Source: a virus (Duplodnaviria > Caudoviricetes). Taken from it: a stretch of 64,000 nt of DNA. Below are positions 19,541 to 30,432 of the stretch, piece by piece (the stretch's first letter is position 1; every line of letters starts with the position of its first letter). A program made the position numbers and the translations under genes. The notes under the pieces are model-generated. The model searched no databases. It saw nothing but the letters and a program-made list of their open reading frames with translations, and was not told where the DNA came from. Where the stretch lies: IMG/VR virus record IMGVR_UViG_3300021426_000063, positions 1-64,000 of that record; one strand, written 5' to 3'.

Positions 19541-20004
19541 AACAATGTCTGTATATATGGTATGATCCAGGTGATGGTACTGTAAACAAGACCACCAATA
19601 AGTGCAATGAAGAAGAGTGTGACACCAATTACTGATTTGACTGTCACATACTGCTTATCCAATCTCCATGCCGGCGTAAGGGTCACAAGATAACCATGCT
19701 CATACTCCACCTTACCATCACCAATCTCCCTCTCTTCTTCAAGAGGTTTAAGTTCATATGCAAGGATATCAACAATATTGAGGTTCACAAGTACCTGCCA
19801 CATTTCAGCAAGTTCCTTCCTCAAATAAACCTCATCCTCACCAGAACCCAATTCTATATCAGGATCCCTGTTGATGACCCTATACAACTTACCAAACCAG
19901 TCAGATTTAAGTCCAACCTTGTCAAAAAGTGCTTTGTTCTTCTTGTATTCTCTCCTGACTATTCTCCAGGCTTTTAACTCATTAAAGAAGTTTTTCAGAA
20001 ACAT
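19537..20004 (-). CDS. Hypothetical membrane protein
   Basis: C-terminal hydrophobic helix VIGVTLFFIALIGGLVY. Confidence 0.7.
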   Translation of the reverse strand: MFLKNFFNELKAWRIVRREYKKNKALFDKVGLKSDWFGKLYRVINRDPDIELGSGEDEVYLRKELAEMWQVLVNLNIVDILAYELKPLEEEREIGDGKVEYEHGYLVTLTPAWRLDKQYVTVKSVIGVTLFFIALIGGLVYSTITWIIPYIQTLL

Positions 20005-20492
20005 ACTATTCTCCTTTTATATATTACAAATTGATAACCCAATCCAGAATCCGGGTCTTTCTTTATATCAGATGCTGACAAAATATACCATTGCTTTGGA
20101 TCTATCTTTGGGAAGTAAGCATCTGGGTTCTCAATGGATGTGTAGATATGAGTCACATACAATTGGTCTGCTACTTTTATACATTCATTGTATAATTGAG
20201 CACCTCCTATTATAAAACACTCATTATTAACCTTTTCTGCTTCATCAAAAGCGGCATCCAAAGTGTCAACAGTGATGACACCATCTATGTATTTATGGGA
20301 TAAAACAATATTTGTCCTGTTGGGAAGTGGTTTACCAATTGATTCATAAGTATTTCTTCCCATAATGACAGGATGTCCTGATGTTACATTCTTGAAATAT
20401 TCAAGGTCTCTAGGAATGTGCCAGGGAATCTTGTTATCTTTTCCTATGGCATTGTTGTCATCATAGGCAACAATTATGTTTTTCTTTATCAT
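19995..20492 (-). CDS. folA: Dihydrofolate reductase
   Basis: [55 protein letters not shown]. Confidence 0.96.
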   Translation of the reverse strand: MIKKNIIVAYDDNNAIGKDNKIPWHIPRDLEYFKNVTSGHPVIMGRNTYESIGKPLPNRTNIVLSHKYIDGVITVDTLDAAFDEAEKVNNECFIIGGAQLYNECIKVADQLYVTHIYTSIENPDAYFPKIDPKQWYILSASDIKKDPDSGLGYQFVIYKRRIVCF

Positions 20493-21283
20493 ACTGCTAC
20501 AGGAGCTTTGATTGCTGGATATGGATCATAATCAACCAGTTGGAAATCCTCATACTTGAAATCAAAGATGGATTTGACATCAGGATTGATAATCATCTTT
20601 GGAAGAGGTCTTGGTTCTCTTGACAACTGTAAATCAACCTGTTCCATATGATTGAGATAAAGATGGGTGTCACCAGTGGTATGAATGAACTCACCCGGTT
20701 GAAGACCACACACCTGGGCCAACATCATTGTCAAAAGAGCATAAGATGCAATGTTGAAAGGTACACCAAGGAAAGTATCAGCAGATCTCTGATAGAGTTG
20801 ACAGGATAGTTTCCCATCTGCCACATAAAACTGGAAAAGACAGTGACAAGGAGGGAGTGCCATCTTGTCAATCTCTGCCGGATTCCAGGCAGTCACCAAA
20901 ATCCTCCTTGAATCAGGATGATTTTTAATCAAATCAACAACCTGTGAAATCTGGTCAATCACCCTTCCATCAGTTGTCTCCCAGGATCTCCACTGTTTTC
21001 CATATACATATCCCAAATCACCATTCTCATCTGCCCATTCATCCCAGATATGGACATTATGGTCTGTGAGGAACTTGATGTTTGTGTCTCCCTTCAGGAA
21101 CCACAGTAATTCATATATAATTCCTTTTAGAAAGACTTTCTTTGTTGTAAGGAGTGGAAACCCATCCTGGAGATTAAAACGCATCTGGTGACCAAATATG
21201 GACTTTGTACCAACACCTGTGCGATCAGTCTTGACCACACCATTCTCTTTAATTTCTCTTAATAAATCTAAATACTGTTTCAT
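20489..21283 (-). CDS. thyA: Thymidylate synthase
   Basis: [40 protein letters not shown]; uninterrupted. Confidence 0.98.
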   Translation of the reverse strand: MKQYLDLLREIKENGVVKTDRTGVGTKSIFGHQMRFNLQDGFPLLTTKKVFLKGIIYELLWFLKGDTNIKFLTDHNVHIWDEWADENGDLGYVYGKQWRSWETTDGRVIDQISQVVDLIKNHPDSRRILVTAWNPAEIDKMALPPCHCLFQFYVADGKLSCQLYQRSADTFLGVPFNIASYALLTMMLAQVCGLQPGEFIHTTGDTHLYLNHMEQVDLQLSREPRPLPKMIINPDVKSIFDFKYEDFQLVDYDPYPAIKAPVAV

Positions 21284-22719
21284 TTATTAAATATCAATTT
21301 ATAGTTAATATACTTTTCAACATCATTGGAAGAGAAGGTGTAATAACCACCACTCTTATACTTCCTCAATGATTTAACATAATCAATGAACTCCTGGGTT
21401 CTCAATATACTCTCAATCTTTTCAACTGGTAAATCAGTCTTGATATACAATCCACTGTAAATACCTTCTCCACTCTTGATAGGAGCGATCTTCAAATCAT
21501 CAGGACACTTGACTAGAGTGTTAATACCAATCCTGTCTGTGTAAGTATCTTTAAGACCTTGACTTCTTCCAATGCAATGCCAGGTATCATCTGTACCCTT
21601 ACTGTCATATGTCCTGTCTTCAAGTTTTTGCCTGTTTGATATAAGATAATCATATACCTCTGGAGAGGTCTCTCGGATTTTGTTCAATGGTATGAGTCTC
21701 ATCCGTGAATCATATGGGAACAAACATCTTTTCCACTGTCCTGTTGAACCCTTTAAGATAGGTATGGTATAATCTTTGAATTCAGGAAGATTATCAATGA
21801 AGATGTCATCAGCAAGTGTAGCATATCCATTTTTCACCTCAACTATCTTGTATGGATTCATCATACACAACTTGATGACCTTTGATTCTTCTGATGATGT
21901 GAAATACATCTTATCATCAATGAACACCTCATCATAAGTAAGTGCAGATACAGGTATCAATCTATTCTCTTCCGGTGAGTACTTGTCATACCTGATATAT
22001 TGATGTTGTTTCTTATCAAGTAAGGCAATCATTACATAGGTGGTTGCATTCTCAAACACCTGTATATGTTCAAAATCAATGACACCAGCAAGACTCTTTT
22101 CAAAGAAGATATTACTTCTCATTGGTTCACCAGCAGCACTGTTTATCCATGCACTTGGTGCAATATAACAAAGAACACCATTATCATTCAACATCCTCAA
22201 TCCAAGCTCATAAAATGCCAGATAAAGGTCACTCATACCTTTTGAAGAGAAATGATAATTCTTGATTATCTGATAGTTATCTTCTGATTTCTTGATGTTC
22301 TTCATCCTGACATAAGGTGGATTACCTATAACAAAATCCATCTTACAATCAAAATCATTGAATGTCAATGCATTACCACATCTGATGTCCCAGTCAATCT
22401 CTTCTTTGATACCATGTTTCTTCAAGACATCATTAAGATTGGCCTTACACACCTTTACTTCTGATTCATCAAGTTCTATACCATGTATATATGTCTTTAA
22501 TTCTTCCACTACATTGTCAAACATAACACAAGACCTGATGTATCTTCTCACAATCTCACAGAGAATCTGGCCATCTCCACAACTGTTGTCAATGACATGC
22601 TTCTTCTTGATGTATCTACCCTGGACATAACCACAATAATCCAACATCAATCTTACAATTGGTGCTGGAGTGTATACCTTACCATTATTCTTAACTTTAT
22701 CAACTGTGTCCAAACTCAT
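21280..22719 (-). CDS. Solitary amino (N6-adenine) DNA methyltransferase, gamma class (TaqI/Eco57I-like)
   Basis: [12 protein letters not shown] (SAM binding), [20 protein letters not shown]. Confidence 0.88.
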   Translation of the reverse strand: MSLDTVDKVKNNGKVYTPAPIVRLMLDYCGYVQGRYIKKKHVIDNSCGDGQILCEIVRRYIRSCVMFDNVVEELKTYIHGIELDESEVKVCKANLNDVLKKHGIKEEIDWDIRCGNALTFNDFDCKMDFVIGNPPYVRMKNIKKSEDNYQIIKNYHFSSKGMSDLYLAFYELGLRMLNDNGVLCYIAPSAWINSAAGEPMRSNIFFEKSLAGVIDFEHIQVFENATTYVMIALLDKKQHQYIRYDKYSPEENRLIPVSALTYDEVFIDDKMYFTSSEESKVIKLCMMNPYKIVEVKNGYATLADDIFIDNLPEFKDYTIPILKGSTGQWKRCLFPYDSRMRLIPLNKIRETSPEVYDYLISNRQKLEDRTYDSKGTDDTWHCIGRSQGLKDTYTDRIGINTLVKCPDDLKIAPIKSGEGIYSGLYIKTDLPVEKIESILRTQEFIDYVKSLRKYKSGGYYTFSSNDVEKYINYKLIFNK

Positions 22720-22735
22720 ATCAACTAATATACTC

Positions 22736-22747
22736 TAAATATAACAA
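22736..22747 (-). promoter_or_regulatory. Early-type promoter TTGTTATATTTA
   Basis: Upstream of the MTase-thyA-folA operon, adjacent to hairpin 22752-22770. Confidence 0.62.
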
Positions 22748-22758
22748 AATAAGGGAGA

Positions 22759-23427
22759 TCATTTCTCCCTCATTTTTTCTCTCTTCCTGATTTCATCAAG
22801 CATTTCTGCTTGAAGTGCAATCAAATCATCCTGATCAACAGTACTCTTCAAAAATCTGGGTTGAAACCTGAACCTGAAGTTCTTGTCATCAGGTTTGTTC
22901 CACCACCCCATCACCTTATTAGTCTTCTTTATGTCACCACCATAATGGTTGAATGTAAGAAGGGATTCCCAATAGTCATCCTGAACAGTCCAGTCATTCT
23001 CATCCACCTTTGGGATATATGCCGTGACAGACAATGCCAGACCAAAAAACACAAGAGTGATGTGTGCAGGATACTCATATCTGAAATCATCCTCTGACCA
23101 CTTGGTCTTGTACATAATGTCAGAATTAAAGAAATAGAAACTCAACCAATAAGGGAGTTCATAAGTGGGTTTTACTAGTTTGGAAAGGATGGGATGATTC
23201 TTCTTTCCTTCATCTGTCCATTCTGAACTCACAAGTCTGGCATAATCATAAGTATCATTCCTCTCTTTATACTTACCAAAATGAATGATGTTTCCCCTTC
23301 TCCAGACAGGAAGATTACCCTCCTTCCTCCAAGATCCGAAATACCACTTCAACTTTGGTCTAATGAAAGCACCATGACACTGCTTCCAAACATATAAAAA
23401 TCTCCACTCTTTCATATTATTCATCAA
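22759..23427 (-). CDS. Hypothetical protein (Trp-rich)
   Basis: 222-aa ORF in operon. Confidence 0.7.
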   Translation of the reverse strand: MMNNMKEWRFLYVWKQCHGAFIRPKLKWYFGSWRKEGNLPVWRRGNIIHFGKYKERNDTYDYARLVSSEWTDEGKKNHPILSKLVKPTYELPYWLSFYFFNSDIMYKTKWSEDDFRYEYPAHITLVFFGLALSVTAYIPKVDENDWTVQDDYWESLLTFNHYGGDIKKTNKVMGWWNKPDDKNFRFRFQPRFLKSTVDQDDLIALQAEMLDEIRKREKMREK

Positions 23428-23989
23428 TTACTTTATATCCTCTCCTTGTGTACCACTCCCTTTCCCAATCAGTAAGTGGGACAATATTTACAACATGTTC
23501 TTCAATACCAAACCTATCAATCAGTTCATCCACATAATCCAGAAGGGCAGTACCATATCTCTTATTCCTATAATCTTCCCTTACAAACAAATCAGAGATG
23601 ATTATCTGGTCAGGATAGAAGGAGACCCTAACATGCCCCTTTCCATGTTCTGCAATAATCCTAAAATCAAAGTAATCATCCCAATCACACCTACACACAC
23701 AGAAATCCAAACTTGGTGTGGTTTTAGTACTCTTGTCAATCCAGTCAGTACACTTGAAGGTGTCTCCGTCATTATTACACCACCTATGATCTGGTTCACC
23801 ACACTCATCAGAAGCATGCCAACAACCAATCCTGGTATCCTTCTTACCCTTAAGACTACAGAGTTTCTGACTATGTTTACAGGTAAGACAACACTCTTCT
23901 GGGCACTTCTTATCAAATTTGTTCTTTGGATTCACATGTAGATAAGAATCACCATCACTACAGTATATCCTTTTATACTTCAGTTCCAT
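23417..23989 (-). CDS. Cys-rich N-terminus plus GNAT acetyltransferase-like domain
   Basis: ISDLFVREDYRNKRYGTALL (GNAT motif A), WYTRRGY. Confidence 0.7.
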   Translation of the reverse strand: MELKYKRIYCSDGDSYLHVNPKNKFDKKCPEECCLTCKHSQKLCSLKGKKDTRIGCWHASDECGEPDHRWCNNDGDTFKCTDWIDKSTKTTPSLDFCVCRCDWDDYFDFRIIAEHGKGHVRVSFYPDQIIISDLFVREDYRNKRYGTALLDYVDELIDRFGIEEHVVNIVPLTDWEREWYTRRGYKVIDE

Positions 23990-24039
23990 ATCAAATGTAT
24001 AAAATCAGTACTTAAAATATAACAAAAATATAGACACTT

Positions 24040-25188
24040 TTATTTTTTAGGAAATAAATCATTTAATATATGATGTCTTACAGCATATTCATATAATCTT
24101 TTATATGTCTTTTTAAATTCTTTTCTTGAACTACATTTTGATGCATTATCTCTCACATCTCTCACATCAATATAATTTATATGATTGTCAAATAAATCAT
24201 CTAACATATTATGCCTATTTGCATACATATATGCACTTCCATTTTTATGAAAAAACTCTGATTTACTCTTATACTTTTTTGCTTCTTCTCTAACAGAGTC
24301 ATTATCCCAATGAACTGATTTTCCAAACAATTCATCTAACATATGATGCTTATATGCATATTCATATGCTCCTGGTGTTCCTTTTCTAAAATCATTTTTT
24401 GATTTATACTTTTTTGCTTCTTCTCTAACAGATTCATCTGTCCAATGAAATGTCTTACCAAATAAATCATCTAACATATTGTGATTATAAGCATAATCAT
24501 ATGCACCAGGATTATATCTTAAAAAATCTGATTTTGATTTATACTTTTTAGCTTCTTCTGATACACTTTGATCTGTCCAATATGTTCTGATATTATCAAA
24601 TAAATCATTCAACATACCCCTTCTTCTGGCATAATCATGTGCTCCACGACAACCATTATAGAACTCTGTTTTTGAATTATACTTCTTTGCTTCTTCTCTT
24701 ACATTTTCATCATTCCATTTTCCTATTCCAAGAGAACCCTTACCAGCACCTGTTGGTCCCAAATTTAACATTTTATAACCCATTTCCTCATACTTACTCT
24801 TCCAATAATCTTCTCTTTCTTGTGCTAAAATATTTCCAATTATATTATCTTCAAGATAAATAGGTTCTGGAACTTCTTTACCAATAGTTGTAAAATATTT
24901 ATAAACTTGAGAATTATCTTTTACTTTATTAAACATTCCAGTTTTATGAGAAATATATCTCTGTTCCTTATTTGATGTTAAACCAACATATGCGCATTTA
25001 TTTTCTTCATCAATATATACATATATACATCTTTTAACATTATCTTCTGTTATAAACCAATCAAAATCTTTCAGGAGTTTATGTCTCCAAGCATATTGAT
25101 AAGCACAATTTGAATATCTTTGAAAATCACATTTTCTTTTATACTTTAATGCTTCTTCTCTTACAGATTTATCATTCCATTTACCCAT
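24040..25188 (-). CDS. Free-standing GIY-YIG endonuclease with ~45-aa repeats (homing-endonuclease-like)
   Basis: CIYVY...AYVGLT...R...H...E...LN; repeats WxDxSVREEAKKYKSKxxF...AYxYA...MLDDLF; AT-rich relative to neighbours. Confidence 0.8.
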   Translation of the reverse strand: MGKWNDKSVREEALKYKRKCDFQRYSNCAYQYAWRHKLLKDFDWFITEDNVKRCIYVYIDEENKCAYVGLTSNKEQRYISHKTGMFNKVKDNSQVYKYFTTIGKEVPEPIYLEDNIIGNILAQEREDYWKSKYEEMGYKMLNLGPTGAGKGSLGIGKWNDENVREEAKKYNSKTEFYNGCRGAHDYARRRGMLNDLFDNIRTYWTDQSVSEEAKKYKSKSDFLRYNPGAYDYAYNHNMLDDLFGKTFHWTDESVREEAKKYKSKNDFRKGTPGAYEYAYKHHMLDELFGKSVHWDNDSVREEAKKYKSKSEFFHKNGSAYMYANRHNMLDDLFDNHINYIDVRDVRDNASKCSSRKEFKKTYKRLYEYAVRHHILNDLFPKK

Positions 25189-25212
25189 ATATAACTACAT
25201 TATTATATACAG

Positions 25213-25220
25213 TATTTATG
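25213..25220 (-). promoter_or_regulatory. Late-type promoter CATAAATA
   Basis: Upstream of the GIY-YIG gene. Confidence 0.55.
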
Positions 25221-25235
25221 AAAATTATAAAATAA

Positions 25236-25260
25236 AAAGTGGAGATTTTGTCTCCACTTT
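25236..25260 (-). terminator. Intrinsic terminator
   Basis: AAAGTGGAGA-ttttg-TCTCCACTTT. Confidence 0.7.
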
Positions 25261-25286
25261 CTTACCATATGTGTATTAAATATCAC

Positions 25287-25679
25287 CTATATGCAGCCAC
25301 CACAGCATCCGAATGGTATCACACCAGAATTAAACACTTGGTCAATCTCCCCAGCCACATCCCAGAACTGTTCAGGGAGTTCATCAACATCTATATTCCA
25401 TTCTCCATGCTCTACATTAAAGTTCCAGTCTTTATCAGAAGTTACACAACCACCTGATGACCAGAAACTGTTGAAATTAGGATGTTCAGGATCCTCATCA
25501 GTATGTCTCCACTCCTTTGTTTTCTCATCATAATGATAATGTTGATAGTGATGACCAAACTTATACTGGACACCATCAATTTCCAGGATAAGAACCCCAG
25601 AACAAAGATTAGGATATTCACCATCATATGAGATGAACTTCACCCTTGATGTATTTGATGATTTATTATTCCTCAACAT
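25287..25679 (-). CDS. Hypothetical phage protein
   Basis: YDGEYPNLCSG...GCCGGCI. Confidence 0.75.
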   Translation of the reverse strand: MLRNNKSSNTSRVKFISYDGEYPNLCSGVLILEIDGVQYKFGHHYQHYHYDEKTKEWRHTDEDPEHPNFNSFWSSGGCVTSDKDWNFNVEHGEWNIDVDELPEQFWDVAGEIDQVFNSGVIPFGCCGGCI

Positions 25680-25926
25680 ATGGTAAATAATCTTCTATGT
25701 GTTCATTCATTTCCTTGACATCTTTTTCAAACTGCTCTTCATCAGCAACATCCATTTTTGTGTCAAGTAATGCTTCTTCAAAAATATCCTTTCGTAGTTT
25801 CTGTTTCATAGTTTTCCTACAAAAAACATCTGCAATTTTCTCCCACCAATTAACATAACCCTTCTTTGGATGACAATCCGTCTTCCCAGGGAATCTCACA
25901 TTCTTATATCCTCCATAAGGTTTCAT
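25666..25926 (-). CDS. Hypothetical protein
   Basis: Packed ORF in operon. Confidence 0.65.
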   Translation of the reverse strand: MKPYGGYKNVRFPGKTDCHPKKGYVNWWEKIADVFCRKTMKQKLRKDIFEEALLDTKMDVADEEQFEKDVKEMNEHIEDYLPYVEE

Positions 25927-26852
25927 TAGATTTCCTCCCGGTGTTGGTAGGTATTGTACATAACTGCATTGTCAACATACCTGATAGATATACCTGTCTT
26001 CCAAGGACAGATGTTACGAGCATCCTTACCTTCCACACCTGCATTCACCAGAATGAGATAAAGTGGAGTTCCAGGACCATAGTCACAATAAAGGTCACAC
26101 CTGAACTCAAAGTACCTCCAATCAAATGGATCTTCCTTGTCATCATCAGGAAGGTTCTCCACCAACCAGTCAATGTCTTTCTTGTCATTGGTTTCATTGT
26201 AGTGAAGCTGGTGCAAGTAATACTCATAGAAGAGTTGATGTGCTTTCATCTTCACCTCTTCTGTGATACCTCCCCTACTTCTATCAGCAAGGATAGTACC
26301 AAGAGCACAAGCAGCGAATCCACCAGGATGGTCTTCATTCAGGGCACCATTGTCCTGAAGATGCCAGTTGAAGATGAGTTCACACCACTTGTCAGCGGCC
26401 TTCTTGGCAGCTTCCTCATTAGTGTTGGCCTTACCATGTGCTTCAACCCAATACTCATCCAGTTCAATGTTTCTGGAAGTATAATTGAAAATATCACGGA
26501 CATCAGAATTGTACTTCCATGCCTTATATTCAGGTGTCTTCTCCAACTCATCCCTTTTCAACTTCCAGTTTATATTACTTGAATTATATGGATACAATTT
26601 CTCCAACTCCTCATAGAAATAATGAGTTGCTTCTGTCAGAGTGTTCTTGGAGAAATAACCCTCAATAATCTCCTTGATTTTATCATCAGAGAGTTCAGGA
26701 GTTTCACATTCTAACTTTTTTCTGAATGTTCCAATAAAAAGGGACACCATATGGTCTGTAATACTTTTCTTGTTTTTCTCCTTCTCTTCGGGAGTGAGTG
26801 GCTGTGGACTTGTAGTTTCCATCTTTGTCTTTTTAAATAAATTCTTAAACAT
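25926..26852 (-). CDS. Hypothetical protein
   Basis: 308-aa packed ORF. Confidence 0.75.
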   Translation of the reverse strand: MFKNLFKKTKMETTSPQPLTPEEKEKNKKSITDHMVSLFIGTFRKKLECETPELSDDKIKEIIEGYFSKNTLTEATHYFYEELEKLYPYNSSNINWKLKRDELEKTPEYKAWKYNSDVRDIFNYTSRNIELDEYWVEAHGKANTNEEAAKKAADKWCELIFNWHLQDNGALNEDHPGGFAACALGTILADRSRGGITEEVKMKAHQLFYEYYLHQLHYNETNDKKDIDWLVENLPDDDKEDPFDWRYFEFRCDLYCDYGPGTPLYLILVNAGVEGKDARNICPWKTGISIRYVDNAVMYNTYQHREEI

Positions 26853-27021
26853 ATTTTGAAGGTAATTTGGATTTCAACCAAACTCTCATATCCTGAATAG
26901 TTATTGGTTCTGAAAAGAAATCTCCATACTTATCAAGATAATCAAGAGCTTTATCAATGACATCGACCATTATCTCATCATCTTCTGTCATTTCAACCTG
27001 TATAACTTTTACTTCTTCCAT
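26845..27021 (-). CDS. Small hypothetical protein (58 aa)
   Basis: Hand-translated MEEVKVIQVEMTEDDEIMV...; TATCTTTG element 2 nt upstream of the ATG. Confidence 0.6.
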   Translation of the reverse strand: MEEVKVIQVEMTEDDEIMVDVIDKALDYLDKYGDFFSEPITIQDMRVWLKSKLPSKYV

Positions 27022-27045
27022 TACAAAGATAACTAATTTTTTTGA

Positions 27046-27396
27046 TTAATCCAAATCCTGGTCAATATATCTGTAACCCATAAACCCCTTCATAGGAACA
27101 GGGTTCTTCAAATAGTGGAACTCTCCGGACCTGGAGATGTAATTTCCTTCATCCCAGTTCCTTCCTGTGGTGGAACACTCAAACCCATCTCTCTTGGAAA
27201 TACCTGTAATCTCCATCCAACCAATGAGTTGACCATTATAACACACATAACACCTATCTCCCACCTCTGTATCCTTTGGTAAAGTGGGAAGTCTGTAATT
27301 CATCTCCTGTTCACCATCTCTGACAGCATCTATCTCCTTTTCATACTGCTCCCATTTGATGGTCTTTGGCACCGTAATCGCAATGTTTCTACCCAT
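27046..27396 (-). CDS. ASCH/PUA-like hypothetical protein
   Basis: GDRCYV...IGWMEI...PVPMKGFMGYRY resembles the ASCH C-terminal motif. Confidence 0.55.
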   Translation of the reverse strand: MGRNIAITVPKTIKWEQYEKEIDAVRDGEQEMNYRLPTLPKDTEVGDRCYVCYNGQLIGWMEITGISKRDGFECSTTGRNWDEGNYISRSGEFHYLKNPVPMKGFMGYRYIDQDLD

Positions 27397-27706
27397 TTTT
27401 AATCTTGTTTATGAAATCAATATTTGTATCATCTCTCTTGTATTTTCTCAACAATATAAATCCAGTATCTCCTGTAATAAAATCAAAATCATTGATGAGA
27501 GAACTCAAATATGCAGAATTCAATTTATCAGCAAATTCATTAGCATAATTATAATCATCATCTTCAAAGTAGAAGATACCATCAATATATTTCTTGTTTT
27601 CAACCAAGATATACCTGATTTCTTTAAACCCTTTACCAAGCATCACTGTTGTTGAAATAGTAAATGCATCTTGTAATGGCTTTGTTAATAATTCTGTTTT
27701 AATCAT
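27389..27706 (-). CDS. Hypothetical protein
   Basis: Packed ORF. Confidence 0.65.
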   Translation of the reverse strand: MIKTELLTKPLQDAFTISTTVMLGKGFKEIRYILVENKKYIDGIFYFEDDDYNYANEFADKLNSAYLSSLINDFDFITGDTGFILLRKYKRDDTNIDFINKIKNG

Positions 27707-27989
27707 CTTTATTCTTTATATAATAAACACTATACTGTCCATCTACAAACTTTATTGTATCAGTATCAGGATAATGGGTGACATACACATCCACCAGCTG
27801 ACCAGTCTGTTTGTTCTTGAACTTCCACCTGTAATCCATAAAGAACCTCACTGTGGAATTGTCACAGATATAATCCAAATCCTCACCTATCCATTCCAGG
27901 ACATCATCATCAATCTTACCTTGTCCAATCTGCTGAAGTTTCTTAAGACTGTATGTCCTGTCAAATATCTCTACTTTTCCACCGTCCAT
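27699..27989 (-). CDS. Hypothetical protein
   Basis: Packed ORF. Confidence 0.65.
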   Translation of the reverse strand: MDGGKVEIFDRTYSLKKLQQIGQGKIDDDVLEWIGEDLDYICDNSTVRFFMDYRWKFKNKQTGQLVDVYVTHYPDTDTIKFVDGQYSVYYIKNKDD

Positions 27990-28164
27990 CTTTATAAATC
28001 ACCTTCATTGAATATTCTGTCCATCTATCATATTCATCATATCCTTCAATTTGCTTTGGTCTGCAAGGGAGGATGTTAATAATCTGGTCTTCATTTAATT
28101 CATTATTGATTTCCCTTATACAGTCCTCTTCAGAATAACCTGTAAATGTCCTTATTTGTATCAT
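27961..28164 (-). CDS. Hypothetical protein
   Basis: Packed ORF with ATGA overlap. Confidence 0.6.
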   Translation of the reverse strand: MIQIRTFTGYSEEDCIREINNELNEDQIINILPCRPKQIEGYDEYDRWTEYSMKVIYKDGRWKSRDI

Positions 28165-28766
28165 AATACTATCTCTCCTTTAAGATACTTGGCAGTGAAA
28201 TCCTCAAATGAATCAACCCTCACTATTTGCCTACAATTTGTCTTGGTAATGAGTTCATCCAGGTTCACATCCTTGTTATAAGGCTGGGTGACAAGAACAC
28301 CAGTAGAACAATGAGATCCCAAGAGATTCCAGTCATTATCGTCAATAATCGCATCTGCATGTATCAATGTCTTATCCCTTACAAAACAGATACCATTAGG
28401 ATCAATATTGTGTTTCTCCAACCATTCCAGGGTATACTTCTTGTTGGTATAATCCTTCTGGTAAGTGACAATAATCACATCAGCAACCTCTTTCAATCTC
28501 TCAATATTACCTGCTACAAATGGATAATCAGGTGCATCCAGGAAGATATCCTTGGCATGTATCTTAAAGAACCAATCACTTGGTTTCACACCAAGTCTCT
28601 CCTGGATGAGAGGAAATGAGACTTCTACCATAAACTCCTTCACATCAGAAGTCTTCATATCTGTCCCAAACTCCTTGTTATACAAATAAACCATAATCCC
28701 AAGGTTTTTCCTCAAGACCTGATCCACATCTACTGCAATAACTGGTCTTCTCTTACTTGTTTCCAT
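28161..28766 (-). CDS. 5'(3')-deoxyribonucleotidase (HAD, NT5C family)
   Basis: IAVDVDQVL, IVT, K..WL, DK..IHADAIIDD, QPYN. Confidence 0.85.
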   Translation of the reverse strand: METSKRRPVIAVDVDQVLRKNLGIMVYLYNKEFGTDMKTSDVKEFMVEVSFPLIQERLGVKPSDWFFKIHAKDIFLDAPDYPFVAGNIERLKEVADVIIVTYQKDYTNKKYTLEWLEKHNIDPNGICFVRDKTLIHADAIIDDNDWNLLGSHCSTGVLVTQPYNKDVNLDELITKTNCRQIVRVDSFEDFTAKYLKGEIVL

Positions 28767-28768
28767 AA

Positions 28769-29023
28769 CTAATCATTAAACAAAGGTACTAACTTGGTTG
28801 TAATCACAACCTGTTTCAATTCATGTTTACTCCATTTCTGGAATCTTGGTTCTCCACAACCGGCAGTATAATTATCCCTTGCTACAATGAACCAATATTC
28901 TGGACAACCATCCTCATCAGGAACAATGTCAGTGATAGTACCATAATAACCTTTCATCCTACTACCAGCATAAACCTTCTCTCCAATATACTTTAATCTT
29001 AATTCTTCTAATTCCTTATTCAT
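28769..29023 (-). CDS. Hypothetical protein
   Basis: Packed ORF. Confidence 0.65.
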   Translation of the reverse strand: MNKELEELRLKYIGEKVYAGSRMKGYYGTITDIVPDEDGCPEYWFIVARDNYTAGCGEPRFQKWSKHELKQVVITTKLVPLFND

Positions 29024-29349
29024 TTTTTAGCCAGATTATGAAAATCATTCTCAATCTTACTTATCCTGATTGGATCAGCATTGATACAGAACCTATCCAA
29101 ATGATTATACACATCCCAGAAAGAGGCAGCATAACTGGGTGTGTCAGTAACATCCATAATATCAATCAAACAATTATCTGCCAGTACCCTTACATAACCA
29201 CCATCTTTTAGAATCTGTAAGATAGCAATCAACCATATCTTCTCCTGGATTGTCAGTTTAGTATTTTCATCAACAATATCTACTGCCTTATTAATCAGTT
29301 GCTCTCTTGTGAATCTGCCTCTGTTTTTATAATCATCACTCATTACCAT
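29020..29349 (-). CDS. Hypothetical protein
   Basis: Packed ORF. Confidence 0.65.
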   Translation of the reverse strand: MVMSDDYKNRGRFTREQLINKAVDIVDENTKLTIQEKIWLIAILQILKDGGYVRVLADNCLIDIMDVTDTPSYAASFWDVYNHLDRFCINADPIRISKIENDFHNLAKK

Positions 29350-29927
29350 TCCTTTTTATTGTCAAACTTACCGGAAGCGATGATGCTATCACCACCAAGA
29401 AGGATATATGTACACATGCCTTGATATGGTTTAAACCAACTGTCAATGTTTTCAAGGAAGAACACATTCCATGCCTGTCTGGCAGTATTTCTCACTTCCA
29501 AATCAGAATCATTCACAATCTGATAATCTTTCAATCTATTAAACAACTCTGGTAATGTATGTGTTGTAATGAAGATAGTATCATTATCAAGTTTTGGAGT
29601 GTAAATCAAGATACTGAAATTATCAAGTTGAATCTCTGGTTCCTTATAAAAAGGTTTCCACATTTTGCTATTCAGTCTATATTGGATGACATTTTCATGT
29701 ATGGTGGCCAGAGCAATATCATACACCTCAGTCTCCATCCCAGGAATAACTTCTCTTTCCTGGTTGAACTCTCCATTAAAATCTTCAAGAGGCCAACACT
29801 TGATGACAGGGAGATAACTCTTTGTAAATGGGTCATAGTGAGGCCTGTAAGCACCAAGTTGATTCTTTATCTGGTACTCATTATTCAGCAGTTCATCTGC
29901 CATTGCATTTGTCAACAATATCTTCAT
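29343..29927 (-). CDS. Hypothetical protein
   Basis: Packed ORF. Confidence 0.7.
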   Translation of the reverse strand: MKILLTNAMADELLNNEYQIKNQLGAYRPHYDPFTKSYLPVIKCWPLEDFNGEFNQEREVIPGMETEVYDIALATIHENVIQYRLNSKMWKPFYKEPEIQLDNFSILIYTPKLDNDTIFITTHTLPELFNRLKDYQIVNDSDLEVRNTARQAWNVFFLENIDSWFKPYQGMCTYILLGGDSIIASGKFDNKKEW

Positions 29928-29939
29928 AGTTCTACATTA

Positions 29940-30032
29940 CTAATAAAATTCTTTGTTCCTCCAACACCAAGCGCTATATTCCCTGTCCTTCTTGGCAATC
30001 CAACTAATCAGTCTTTCAAATAAGTCTCTCAT
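29940..30032 (-). CDS. Small hypothetical protein (30 aa)
   Basis: Hand-translated MRDLFERLISWIAKKDREYSAWCWRNKEFY; ATGA overlap fills the gap. Confidence 0.45.
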   Translation of the reverse strand: MRDLFERLISWIAKKDREYSAWCWRNKEFY

Positions 30033-30430
30033 AACTGATATTCAATATAATACTTATGGTCATCCTTATCCACAATATAGAACCTGGTTTCATCATCACC
30101 AGTTACAATATAATTACTACCATCAATGGTGATTAAATCATATTTCTTGATGATGTTGTCTTCCCTCTTGATATTATGTGCATCTTCAAGTGTGAATGCC
30201 CTGGATGGAACAGATTCATAAAAGACTGTGTTCAATCCTTCTTCCCTGGAGAGCTTGTAATCCCTGTATCCAAGTGGAGTGGCAGGTATCCAGTTACCAT
30301 TCTCATCTTCAGTGGATTCTTCTATCAATCTCTCATCAATATCAGGTTTCCAATTATCAAGGTCTCCAAATGTACCATCAGAGACAAAGGCACTCTCATA
30401 GAGTTTCTTGTTTACTTCATTGATTTCCAT
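30029..30430 (-). CDS. Hypothetical protein
   Basis: Packed ORF. Confidence 0.65.
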   Translation of the reverse strand: MEINEVNKKLYESAFVSDGTFGDLDNWKPDIDERLIEESTEDENGNWIPATPLGYRDYKLSREEGLNTVFYESVPSRAFTLEDAHNIKREDNIIKKYDLITIDGSNYIVTGDDETRFYIVDKDDHKYYIEYQL

Positions 30431-30432
30431 AA

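Noticed and set aside
20489-21283. Group I intron in thyA associated with the nearby GIY-YIG nuclease
   Set aside because: thyA is a continuous 264-aa ORF; the nuclease gene is free-standing about 2.7 kb away.
25866-26582. Long plus-strand ORF (238 aa) and similar antisense ORFs in the track
   Set aside because: They are shadows of well-supported genes on the opposite strand, with no motifs or promoter support.
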